The notes beneath the pieces were generated by a model. It saw only the letters and a program-made list of their open reading frames with translations, was not told the origin of the DNA and searched no databases. A stretch of 64,000 bases of DNA. It comes from Bacillota bacterium (GTDB lineage: Bacteria > Vulcanimicrobiota > JAJTBE01). A program made the translations under genes and the position numbers. The DNA lies in contig JAJTBE010000030.1 in NCBI GenBank assembly GCA_021287065.1, positions 106-64,105 of the forward strand, given 5' to 3'. Each line of letters opens with the position of its first letter. Position 1 is the stretch's first letter. Shown here piece after piece: positions 47,614-56,807 of this stretch.

Positions 47614-49304
47614 TGGCACAAGTTTTATTATCTACCGTATGCAGACCTTTTGGGGGACCGGGGGAAGGCGCATCGGTGGCTGCAGAATTGTTTCATGCTC
47701 AGGTTACAAGAGCACAGGGAATATTCAGCGTCAGAGAAGTGATCAGATGCTGGGGCCTTGACTACATAGCGGAAAATATCACCTCGCCAACAGTGGTTCT
47801 CCACTATCCATCCGAAAAAGAATTTGTTAAAGAACTGAAGAAAAACAAATATACACATATCGGAATCAACTTCGTCCTCGCTACTCTTCACAAAGCAAAA
47901 AGACAGACCGAACTTATCAGAAAATACTCTCCGGAATCGAAGATTATTTATGGCGGTTATGGAGCCATTCTGCCGGAGGAGGAACTGAAGCCTTATTGTG
48001 ATTATATCTGCAAAGAAGAAGGCATAGGCTTCATGCGGAAGCTTCTCAACGAGAATACCGGCAAGCCCATTAAGCACCCCTACGCACCTATCGAATCACC
48101 TTCCGTGCTCTCTTACGGCTATCCCACAAAGGTTTCACACATTACAAGCGGCCTTGGATGCCCCAACGGATGCGATTTCTGCTGTACATCACACTTTTTT
48201 AAATGCAATTATCTCCCCTTCATCAACAGTGGAAGGGAACTATACGATATAACCAGGGAACAGGTTAAAAAAGCAAAGGAAGCGGGAGACGAAATCGGTG
48301 GCTTTATTATGATCGATGAAGACTTTTTCCTTCAGGAAGATAAAGCCAGAGGTTATCTCGAATGCGTCCGCAGGGATGAAACCGATATCGCCATTACGGC
48401 ATTCGGCAGCGTCAAGGGTTTGTCAAAATATACTCCTGACGAAATAGCTGAAATGGGTTTTGATGTTTTGTGGATTGGTTTCGAATCCGACGAAAAAGGT
48501 TATGGCAAGCTTAAAGGTAAGCCTATGGAGCAGCTCATCGCCGAACTCAAGTCCAGAGGCGTCGCAGTTCTTTCTTCCATGATTATCGGATTTCAGACTC
48601 AGGATATGGAGAGTATCCAGCGCAATTTCCGGAGGCTTCTCAGCAACAATCCCACATTCTCCCAGATTCTGATCTATTTTGCCATTCCGGGTACGCCGCT
48701 TCACAAAAAAGTTACTGAAGATAAGCTTTTCCTGCCGGAATTTGACGGTACAAAGGAATATAAGAATTTTGACGGATTCTCAATGCTTATGAAGCACCCC
48801 CATTTCACAAGGGAACAGCTTGAGAAAATTCAGCAGGATCTTTTTGAAGAGGAATACCAGACTCTCGGACCATCAGTGGTGAGAGTCGCCAAGGTTCTGC
48901 TTGACGGATACCTTACCCTGAAAGATTCTGAAAGCTCCCTCCTCCGTAAAAGGGCGGAAGTTAAAAAGAATAAGTCGAGAGCGCTGCTTCCTGCAATTTT
49001 TGCAGCATCGCTTTTTGGACCCAATGCAGACAGAAAACGGGATGCAAAAAACATATTTGACGAAATTGTGGAAAAAACCGGAAAAATGTCATTCTCGCAG
49101 AAAATGCTCTGCGCAGGATCCATTCCTCTTGCACTTTGGACAATGGTTAAAAACCGGTTTAACTCCCTCAACCAGCCCCGGTTCCTGAGAGTTGAGCACA
49201 GAGTGGATACCACATCCATACTGCCAATGGAAAAAATCAACGAGACCATAGACAATGTGGGCAAAACACTTACTCCGCCGTCAAAACTGGCTCCAAAAAA
49301 TTAG
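47614..49304 (+). CDS. B12-binding-domain radical SAM protein (class B rSAM-like)
   Basis: Start chosen at MAQVLLST. N-terminal B12-binding-like Rossmann region, radical-SAM cluster motif CPNGCDFC. Confidence 0.7.
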
Positions 49305-49317
49305 CAGCGATATTTAA

Positions 49318-49360
49318 CTGAAAAAACTGTGCCTGATTTAAGGGACAGTTTTTTTATTTT
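49318..49360 (+). terminator. Rho-independent terminator after the rSAM gene
   Basis: actgtgcc-tgatttaa-gggacagt followed by ttttttatttttg. Confidence 0.6.
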
Positions 49361-49470
49361 TGTATGAATTAGCTGCCGGATTCATTTATTGTAAAAAGTA
49401 TATTTTCGCAGCATTAAACCTGAGCTGTCAGTTTATTTTACGGCAGGATGTGGCAATTTATAAAATTTTG

Positions 49471-50382
49471 TTATTTCAAAGCTTTCAGAATTTCGTCGGC
49501 AGCTTCTTCCATTCCGGTTATATTTGTTTTCAGGTTGAAGCCTTTTTGCTGCAGTCTGTTAAGAAGTTCCATCGCCGGGGGGATTCCCAGCTCCAGAGCT
49601 TCTATCTTTTCCTTATTGCTGAAAATTTCTGCCGGTGCACCGTCTGCATATACTTCGCCTTTGTTCATAATTATAAGATGATCCACCATTCTGGCGATTT
49701 CCTGCATTTCGTGGGTAATCATAATGAGTGTGATATTCAGCTCGCTGTGAAGGCGGCGGAGAATGTCCCGTAGTTCGCTGCAGCCTCTGGGATCAAGGCC
49801 TGCAGTAGGCTCGTCCAGAACCAGAACCGAAGGCTGCATGGCAAGAACTCCTGCCAGAGCCACCCTTCTCATTTCACCGCCGGAAAGGCTGAAGGGGCTT
49901 CTGTCCTTCATATTTTCCGCATCAATTTTCATCCATTCCATAGCCTCATAAACCCGTTTATTGACTTCATCCGGGGATAATTCCATATTTCTGGGTCCGA
50001 ATGCTATATCTTCAAATACGGTTTCTTCAAAAAGCTGATATTCGGGAAACTGGAAAACAAGGCCAACTTTGAAGCAGACGGGTTTTTCGCTGTCTTTTGA
50101 TTTTTTATCCCTTTTCTTTTTCTCCCGTTTGTTGATGTCCTGATTTTCGACGAGAACTCTGCCCGATGTGGGTTTCAGCAGCCCGTTGAAATGCTGGACA
50201 AGGGTTGATTTGCCGGAGCCTGTAGGCCCGATTATGCCTGCCATTTCCCCTTTTTTTATCTCTATGTTCACATTGTTGAGTGCGGCAAATTCAAAAGGAG
50301 TTCCGGGCTGGTAAACATGACACAGATTTTCGGTGCGCAGTATGGGAGTATCGCTGGTGTTTGTTAATTCGTTGTTACTCAT
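49471..50382 (-). CDS. Energy-coupling-factor (ECF) transporter ATPase EcfA-like, with a Lys-rich insertion
   Basis: GPTGSGKST, LSGGEMRRVALA, LVLDEPTAGLD, C-terminal LGIPPAMELL helix typical of EcfA. A roughly 20-aa KREKKKRDKKSKDSEK insert follows Walker A. Confidence 0.8.
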   Translation of the reverse strand: MSNNELTNTSDTPILRTENLCHVYQPGTPFEFAALNNVNIEIKKGEMAGIIGPTGSGKSTLVQHFNGLLKPTSGRVLVENQDINKREKKKRDKKSKDSEKPVCFKVGLVFQFPEYQLFEETVFEDIAFGPRNMELSPDEVNKRVYEAMEWMKIDAENMKDRSPFSLSGGEMRRVALAGVLAMQPSVLVLDEPTAGLDPRGCSELRDILRRLHSELNITLIMITHEMQEIARMVDHLIIMNKGEVYADGAPAEIFSNKEKIEALELGIPPAMELLNRLQQKGFNLKTNITGMEEAADEILKALK

Positions 50383-50603
50383 AATAAAGATAATATTGCA
50401 CCGAAAGTGTCGGTATTCCTTTTATTTGTTTTTTGTGCCGTTGTGATTTATCCCATGGTAATGTGCCTGAATTGAATTATTAAGTTGAATAGCAGCTGTT
50501 TTTTTGCGACTGATATTGTATAATTCGACAGCCGGAAAAAAGGAAACCGGCTTCAGATAAAGAAATTGCAAAGCAGCAAAACAACATCAGTTGGGAAAGC
50601 GAG

Positions 50604-51035
50604 ATGAACATTATGGCGAAGAAATTTTTTATAGCATCTGTATTGCTTTTATTATTTGCCGCTCCTATAATCGCCCTTGCCGATGAAGGAAGTGAACTGA
50701 AGCAGGGAGCGCAGTCTCCCCAGGTGGTTTACGCCCGTTATGTGGATGCGGTTCATAAAGGTGATATCAATACAGCAAAGGAACTTGTATATTCAAGAAG
50801 CAGAGAGCTTTGGAATAAAGATCCCAAAAAGATGCTTGCAATGACCAAAAACGGTATTCCCACCAATCCCGTTCTTCAGTCGATGAATGAAACGAGAGAG
50901 TTTCAGTATGTTTATACGGTTATGAAAATGACGGGAACCTCTGCTCGTGACAGCAGGCCTATGGTTGGTGAAGTAAGGATGATAGTTGAGGATGGCGGCT
51001 GGAAAGTCTATACGGAAGTATGGAGAAATAGATAG
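50604..51035 (+). CDS. Secreted hypothetical protein
   Basis: Signal peptide MAKKFFIASVLLLLFAAPIIALA. 143 aa. Confidence 0.6.
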   Translation: MNIMAKKFFIASVLLLLFAAPIIALADEGSELKQGAQSPQVVYARYVDAVHKGDINTAKELVYSRSRELWNKDPKKMLAMTKNGIPTNPVLQSMNETREFQYVYTVMKMTGTSARDSRPMVGEVRMIVEDGGWKVYTEVWRNR

Positions 51036-51057
51036 TAGTAATTTGTTTAAGTCAAAA

Positions 51058-51105
51058 TGAGAGTGTCGGAAAAGCTTGTGCTTGAGACACTCTCTTTTAT
51101 TTTTG
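51058..51105 (+). terminator. Rho-independent terminator
   Basis: gagagtgtcgg...ttgagacactctc followed by ttttatttttgg. Confidence 0.7.
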
Positions 51106-51510
51106 GCGATTTGTCCATTTTTTTATGTCTAACCTGACAGAAAATGATGGCGGATCAGACATGAAAATTAAGCCTGAAGCCTTATTTAAGGGAAATTCCA
51201 CACCTGCTACAATCTAATAGGGACTAATGATAACAAAGGCGGGTGGGTATAAATTGAGAGGATTTGCCGTAAAAAATGTCCGTTTGACTGTGGTAATGAT
51301 TCTGCTTCTGGCGTTGTTTATGCAGTATGTTGAAGCTCTGGAGGGAACCCGTCCTGAATATCTGTGCACTCATCCCCACTGGTCAACAAGATACAACTAT
51401 ATGACTGCTATGATTAAAAAATACCGGAGTGAATAGACATAATCACAAATCCCGCTGTTTGAAGGATTTCTGGGGTTTGTAAGAAAATAATCCCCTGATA
51501 TCAGGAGGTT

Positions 51511-52452
51511 ATGATGAATAAAAGACTATTTTCAGTAATATCAGCAGTAATTGTTTGCTTTTTGTTATTCTTTTCCGCCTGCACGGAGAAAAAAGAGCAG
51601 CCCGCAGTACTGACACCGCCGGAAAATGACGACTGGGCGGCTTATATGCCCATGGAGACCGGTGATTCCTGGATTTATGAAAGTGCCGGCAAGGATGCAA
51701 AAATGCCCGGTATCTCTGTTACAATAACCGGAAAGCAGAAAGTCGGCGAAAAGGATGCTTTCATTTCCGAGCTGTCAATGGGCGGAATGCTCAGCCGCAG
51801 GGAATATCTTGAACTTATTCCCGGAAAAGGTGTTTATTCACGCCGTAGGGATTCCTTTGTTCAGGGAAGGCAGAATATTTTTACCCCTGACACTGATGAT
51901 GCTATACTTCAGTTCCCCATCAAGCTCGGATCCACCTGGGAATGGGATGACAATTCACCCCAGAAAATCAAGGGAATTAACCGTTTTAAAGTAGCCGCCT
52001 ATGAGGAAGTTACAGTCCCATCAGGCACATATAAAGCGTTCAGAATCGATATAATTCAGGTAGATATCTCAGGCGCGCAGGTTACCACATCAATGTGGCT
52101 TGCAAAGGATATAGGCATGGTTAAACAGGCTACTTCGATTACTGTGCCCGATAATAATGCGCCTCCGCTTCCTGATTTGGTTTTTGTGCTCAAGGAATAT
52201 GTTAAAGGGAAAGATGTCCCACAGGACCGCAAACCGAAGGCAGAAAGCCAGCCTCAGAATGGATTGGCTCCCGCAGCACCTCCTGTGCCCGGTTCCGAAC
52301 TTACGCCTTCAGCTCCCGCTGCTCCCGGAATACCTCTGGCTCCGGTTGCTTCCGGAACACCTGCTGCACCGGCCGCTCCCGCTGCTTCAGCAGCGCCTGC
52401 CAAACCCGCTGTGCCGGCTTCCAGTGCTTCACCCGGTGTGATGGTTCGTTAA
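51511..52452 (+). CDS. Lipoprotein with a Pro/Ala-rich C-terminal low-complexity tail
   Basis: Lipobox FFSAC. Tail PAAPPVPGSELTPSAPAAPGIPLAPVASGTPAAPAAPAAS. Confidence 0.65.
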   Translation: MMNKRLFSVISAVIVCFLLFFSACTEKKEQPAVLTPPENDDWAAYMPMETGDSWIYESAGKDAKMPGISVTITGKQKVGEKDAFISELSMGGMLSRREYLELIPGKGVYSRRRDSFVQGRQNIFTPDTDDAILQFPIKLGSTWEWDDNSPQKIKGINRFKVAAYEEVTVPSGTYKAFRIDIIQVDISGAQVTTSMWLAKDIGMVKQATSITVPDNNAPPLPDLVFVLKEYVKGKDVPQDRKPKAESQPQNGLAPAAPPVPGSELTPSAPAAPGIPLAPVASGTPAAPAAPAASAAPAKPAVPASSASPGVMVR

Positions 52453-52476
52453 TCGGTTTTAAGGATTTCTTACCTG

Positions 52477-53169
52477 ATGGCATATAAAAAGACTTCATTA
52501 TCCTCACCGCATAACTGGCTTTCAAAACACAGATATGTTCTCAGTCTTGAAAAAGCGGCGGATCGAATAAGGGGGCGCGTGCTCGATGTAGGGTGCGGGC
52601 TGAAACCTTATGGTTTTATAATTGAACCGAGGGCTGATGAATATATAGGCATGGATTATGAAAATGCATCCTATGGAAAATCCTGTGTGGATGTGGTGGG
52701 AAGTGCCGATGCTATTCCTTTTCCCGATGGCAGCTTCGATACTGTCGTCTCTTTTCAGGTGATTGAACATCTCCCTGAACCGTCAGCTTTTTTCAGTGAA
52801 GCTTTCAGAGTGCTGAAACCAGGGGGAAGCCTTATTACTTCGTCGCCTTTTCAGTTTGGGCTGCATGAGGAGCCTGTGGATTTTTACCGCTATACACCTT
52901 ATGGTTTGAAACATCTGGCGGGAAAAGCCGGGTTCGAAACCATCTCCATCGAGTCCGCAGGAGGCTTCTGGGTTATCTGGACTACAAGGTTTAATTATTT
53001 TCTCAGGCATCATATACCCTCCCGGCTTAGGTTTCTCGCTTTACCCCTGTTCTATGCGGATCAGGCGGCTGCGGATATTCTGGATAAGATTTTTTCCGGG
53101 TATAAATCTGATTCGGTTGGATATACCGCAGTTTTTGAGAAAAAGGCGCAAGGGGGTAATATTGGATAA
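52477..53169 (+). CDS. Class I SAM-dependent methyltransferase
   Basis: Motif I VLDVGCGLKPYG and the downstream acidic loop. Confidence 0.75.
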   Translation: MAYKKTSLSSPHNWLSKHRYVLSLEKAADRIRGRVLDVGCGLKPYGFIIEPRADEYIGMDYENASYGKSCVDVVGSADAIPFPDGSFDTVVSFQVIEHLPEPSAFFSEAFRVLKPGGSLITSSPFQFGLHEEPVDFYRYTPYGLKHLAGKAGFETISIESAGGFWVIWTTRFNYFLRHHIPSRLRFLALPLFYADQAAADILDKIFSGYKSDSVGYTAVFEKKAQGGNIG

Positions 53170-54466
53170 ATCCCCAGCTTCAAAGCCTGATATTCTTATT
53201 ACAAATTCTGTGGCTCTCAATGGCGGAGATGCAGCTATACTTGTTTCTATGGTTCACGCCATAAAACAGTCCTTTGAAAATGCGGATATAACTGTGCAGG
53301 CTAAAAACAGTGAAGCCTGCAGAAAGTATTATCCCGACATAAATTTCATTCCTGGTCTTGAGGAAAAAGAAAAGGGGAGGGGACTTGCGGAAAAAATATT
53401 CTTCAGGCTCAGGTATCCGCGCCTTTGCCTGTATGGGCTGATTCAGCGTCTGACCGGGATTGCTCCGGGGTTTCTGGCGTCCCGTCAGGAGAAGGTTATT
53501 CTGGATTCTTTCCGCAAAAGCAGCATTGTGGTGAGCTGCGGAGGGGGATTTTTAAACGATCTCTACCCAATATTTCCCCGCACCCTCGGATTTGTTCTTG
53601 CCCGTATATATGGCAAAAAAACGGCGATTTTCGCCCAGTCGGTGGGTCCTTTTACCGGCAGTTTCTCAAAGCTACAGGCAAAATGGATTATTGACGGTTG
53701 TTCGTCGGTTACGGTCAGGGATGAAAAATCTCTTGGAATCATAAGAAACGAACTTGGATGTAAAAATAAAAATGTCAGTTTTACCGCCGATTCAGCCTGG
53801 CTTCTTCAGGATATGCCCCTTCCTGAGTCTTTCTCCAATCCGGTTGAAAAAATAAAAAAAGAGAATGCCGGTTCACTTATCGTCGGAATGTCGGTGCGTA
53901 AATGGGATTTTCCGGAAATTGATTCGCAAAGCATGCGGGATGAATTAAAAGAAAATTATCGTAAAGTGATGAAGGAGCTTTGTATTCATCTGGTTGAAAA
54001 TCATCATGCGCAGATTGTTTTTATTTCAACCTGTCAGGGAAGACCTGAGTATTTTACTGATGATTCGGTTTTTGCCAATGAACTCCGCAGTGAGCTGCCT
54101 GAAAGTATTCAAAAAAATATTCATGTGATTGGGGATGCCTTTGACCCCCGGATTTTGATGTATATTATGAAAAGTTTCGATGTTTTTGCAGGGGTAAGAA
54201 TGCACACTGTGGTTCTTGCACTCCTTGCGGGGGTTCCCTGTGCCGGTATTGGTTACGAATTTAAAACCGTTGAACTTTTTACCCAGCTCGGTATAAAAGA
54301 TTATGCTGTTTCCCTTTATGATAATCCGACAGGTATTAATCAACTTGTATCGAATCTTATAAAAAACATTTCTCATATGAAAGGTTTGATAGTCGGAAAA
54401 ACCAGTGAAATGAGGCTCCGGGCAGAACTTAACATCAACAGCCTGAAAGGAGCCATGAAAAATTGA
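53162..54466 (+). CDS. Polysaccharide pyruvyl transferase family protein (TTG start with RBS; overlaps the upstream stop)
   Basis: IVVSCGGGFLNDLY and the overall PS_pyruv_trans architecture. RBS agggggt 4 nt before the in-frame TTG at 53162. The ORF track extends further upstream, overlapping the methyltransferase. Confidence 0.65.
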   Translation: MDKSPASKPDILITNSVALNGGDAAILVSMVHAIKQSFENADITVQAKNSEACRKYYPDINFIPGLEEKEKGRGLAEKIFFRLRYPRLCLYGLIQRLTGIAPGFLASRQEKVILDSFRKSSIVVSCGGGFLNDLYPIFPRTLGFVLARIYGKKTAIFAQSVGPFTGSFSKLQAKWIIDGCSSVTVRDEKSLGIIRNELGCKNKNVSFTADSAWLLQDMPLPESFSNPVEKIKKENAGSLIVGMSVRKWDFPEIDSQSMRDELKENYRKVMKELCIHLVENHHAQIVFISTCQGRPEYFTDDSVFANELRSELPESIQKNIHVIGDAFDPRILMYIMKSFDVFAGVRMHTVVLALLAGVPCAGIGYEFKTVELFTQLGIKDYAVSLYDNPTGINQLVSNLIKNISHMKGLIVGKTSEMRLRAELNINSLKGAMKN

Positions 54467-54551
54467 AGCAGCGAAACGGCAGGAAATTCAAAGGTTAGTT
54501 TTGAAACAGTAGTTTTAACTTTCCCTTCGTGTTTTATATCCTGGAGGACCA

Positions 54552-55379
54552 ATGACGGATCATTCGGATCTGTGGAGGCTTTACAAGGAACAGGGCGATC
54601 AGGAAGCTAAGAGTCAGCTTATAGAAAAATATATGCCTCTTGTCCGGCAGATCGCTTCAGTAATACTTAAGAAATTAAGAGGCGGCGTGGAAATCGAAGA
54701 CCTCATCAGTGATGGGGTGTTCGGTCTTTTACGGGCTGCTGAAAATTTCGATCTCTCCAGGGGATTCAAATTTGAAACCTATGCTACACCTGTTGTAAAA
54801 GGTTCTATCTACAACGGACTTCGCTCCCTTGACTGGGTTCCTGAAAGAACAAGGGGAAAAGCAAGGGCGGTTCAGCAGGGTAGAGAAGAGTATTACAAAG
54901 TTACCGGCAGATTTCCCACGGAAGACGAACTGGCAGAAGAACTGAAAATGAGCGCGGATGAAGTCTATGATCTTATAGCTGATCTGGGCTGTTTATACAT
55001 GCTCTCTCTGGACCAGCCTGTTCAACCTCTTGATGCAGAAAGTGCAACCGTAATGTCCACCGTGGAGGACAGCCTCACTAATGATCCATTGATTGAAGTA
55101 GAATTTGAAGAAGAACGGGACCATCTGAAAAAAGCGATAGACGAGCTTAACGAGAGAGAAAGATATATAATTACGCGCCACTATTTCGAAGGGTTTACAT
55201 TTGAATGTATTGCTCAGGATCTCGGCGTATCAAAACAGAGAATATCACAGATGCACGCAAGGGCAGTAAGAAGATTAAGGGAATATCTGGGCAGAATGAC
55301 CATAAGTGAAGAAGCAATAAAAACCTTTACGCTGGGAAGCAATCTTTTAATCCCGCCGCGCTGGAAGCAGCAGGGCTGA
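54552..55379 (+). CDS. fliA: FliA/WhiG-family alternative sigma factor (sigma-28-like)
   Basis: Region 2 DLISDGVFGLLRAAENFD..GFKFETYA, FliA-typical LRSLDWVPER, region 4 HTH. Confidence 0.8.
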   Translation: MTDHSDLWRLYKEQGDQEAKSQLIEKYMPLVRQIASVILKKLRGGVEIEDLISDGVFGLLRAAENFDLSRGFKFETYATPVVKGSIYNGLRSLDWVPERTRGKARAVQQGREEYYKVTGRFPTEDELAEELKMSADEVYDLIADLGCLYMLSLDQPVQPLDAESATVMSTVEDSLTNDPLIEVEFEEERDHLKKAIDELNERERYIITRHYFEGFTFECIAQDLGVSKQRISQMHARAVRRLREYLGRMTISEEAIKTFTLGSNLLIPPRWKQQG

Positions 55380-55381
55380 TA

Positions 55382-56368
55382 CTACAGCAGTATTTCGCCT
55401 GCGGCCATGGAATTCCGCATTGCATTTACAATCGTTCTTTCAGCTTCAAAAAGGCCGCTGGCTCCGTTTATTGTACATCCCGCAGCTCTGGGATGCCCTC
55501 CGCCTCCGAATTGTGCCGCAAGCTTGTTTACAGGTATTCTGCTTGAACGAAGGCTTACTTTAACGGCTCCTGACGAATTTTCCCTTAGAAGAGCCATTGT
55601 ATGGACTCCCCTGATGCGGAAAATCTCTCTCATAAAATTCTGTACATCGGATTCGTCTGCGTGGAAGCTTTCCATTGTTTCCCTGTCGAGGGTGGCTGTT
55701 GATATTCCGTCGCTGTGAACAGTAATGTTGCTTATTACTTTGCCAAGAAGCAGAAGGACATGATGGTCCATCTCCCTTTCAACCCATCTGGAGATTTCGT
55801 CAATGGGCACATCATGGTTTTCAAGAAGTTTTGATACCACTTTGTGGGTTCTGCTGGTGGTGTTTTTAAACTTGAAGCCTCCGGTGTCGGTGTATATGGC
55901 GACATAAAGGTTGATTGCCATTTCTCTGGTTACAGGTATATCAAGAATAGAGAAAAGTTCGTAAAAAATTTCGCCTACCGATGAAGCTGAAGGGTCCACA
56001 TAATTGAGATCGCCGTAGATGCTGTTGTCCGGATGGTGGTCTATATTGATTATTACCTTTGCATCAGGCTTCGTTTCGCAGGGGCATCTCCCCGGTGAAG
56101 GGCATTCGAAAAGAATGGCGCAATCAAACTCGTGATCGGGCAGAGTGGCTCTCACATTGTCTATTCCGGGCATAAAATCAAATATGACAGGCACTCTGTC
56201 TGTTGTGAAAATATATGGTTTTTTTCCGGCAGCTTTAAGGTACAGATATACTGCAAGAACAGATCCAAGAGCATCTCCATCCATATTTACATGGGGCATA
56301 AGCAGGAAAGTATCGGCTGATTCAACCGCTTTCTGAAATTTTAGGGAGAAACTCTCAAATGTTTCCAT
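55382..56368 (-). CDS. nrnA: DHH/DHHA1 phosphoesterase, NrnA-like (oligoribonuclease / pAp phosphatase)
   Basis: DHH motifs HVNMDGDALGS, NIDHHPDN and the DHHA1 motif GGGGHPRAAG. Confidence 0.8.
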   Translation of the reverse strand: METFESFSLKFQKAVESADTFLLMPHVNMDGDALGSVLAVYLYLKAAGKKPYIFTTDRVPVIFDFMPGIDNVRATLPDHEFDCAILFECPSPGRCPCETKPDAKVIINIDHHPDNSIYGDLNYVDPSASSVGEIFYELFSILDIPVTREMAINLYVAIYTDTGGFKFKNTTSRTHKVVSKLLENHDVPIDEISRWVEREMDHHVLLLLGKVISNITVHSDGISTATLDRETMESFHADESDVQNFMREIFRIRGVHTMALLRENSSGAVKVSLRSSRIPVNKLAAQFGGGGHPRAAGCTINGASGLFEAERTIVNAMRNSMAAGEILL

Positions 56369-56404
56369 TATCGAAACCTTCTTAACGGCTAATTATTGTG
56401 CTTC

Positions 56405-56794
56405 TCAGATATCTTCTTCCTGATCCTGCTGTTCGTCATCAGAATCTCCGCCTTCAGCGGGTTTGATGCTGTTGAGAAGCTGCAGGATACGGGAACCTCT
56501 TTCGATGCCCGGATCAAATATAAAGGCGATTTTGGGAGTCTTTTTCATCTTGATTTCTTTTCCGAGTTCTTTTCTGACAAAACCCGCAGCAGAATTAAGA
56601 CCGGTCATTGTTTTTTCCCGTTCTTCGCCTTCGGATAGCGTGCTGATAAAGATCCGCGCAAGGTCAAGATCCGGAGAGACCTTGACCTCGGTAACTGTAA
56701 CAAACCCTATACGGGGATCCTTAATTTTTTGCAATATCTCAGCAACGGCCTCCTTAATAAGTTCGGAGACCCGTTCTAATCTCATACTGGCCAT
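56405..56794 (-). CDS. rbfA: Ribosome-binding factor A
   Basis: RLERVSELIKEAVAEIL....DPRIGFVTVTEVKVS.DL..A.IF. Confidence 0.9.
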   Translation of the reverse strand: MASMRLERVSELIKEAVAEILQKIKDPRIGFVTVTEVKVSPDLDLARIFISTLSEGEEREKTMTGLNSAAGFVRKELGKEIKMKKTPKIAFIFDPGIERGSRILQLLNSIKPAEGGDSDDEQQDQEEDI

Positions 56795-56807
56795 TTATCC
56801 ACCTAAC

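Noticed and set aside
53054-53161. 5' extension of the pyruvyl-transferase ORF overlapping the methyltransferase gene
   Set aside because: The extension overlaps the upstream gene's 3' end by about 115 nt without an RBS. An in-frame TTG at 53162 with RBS agggggt is the more plausible start.
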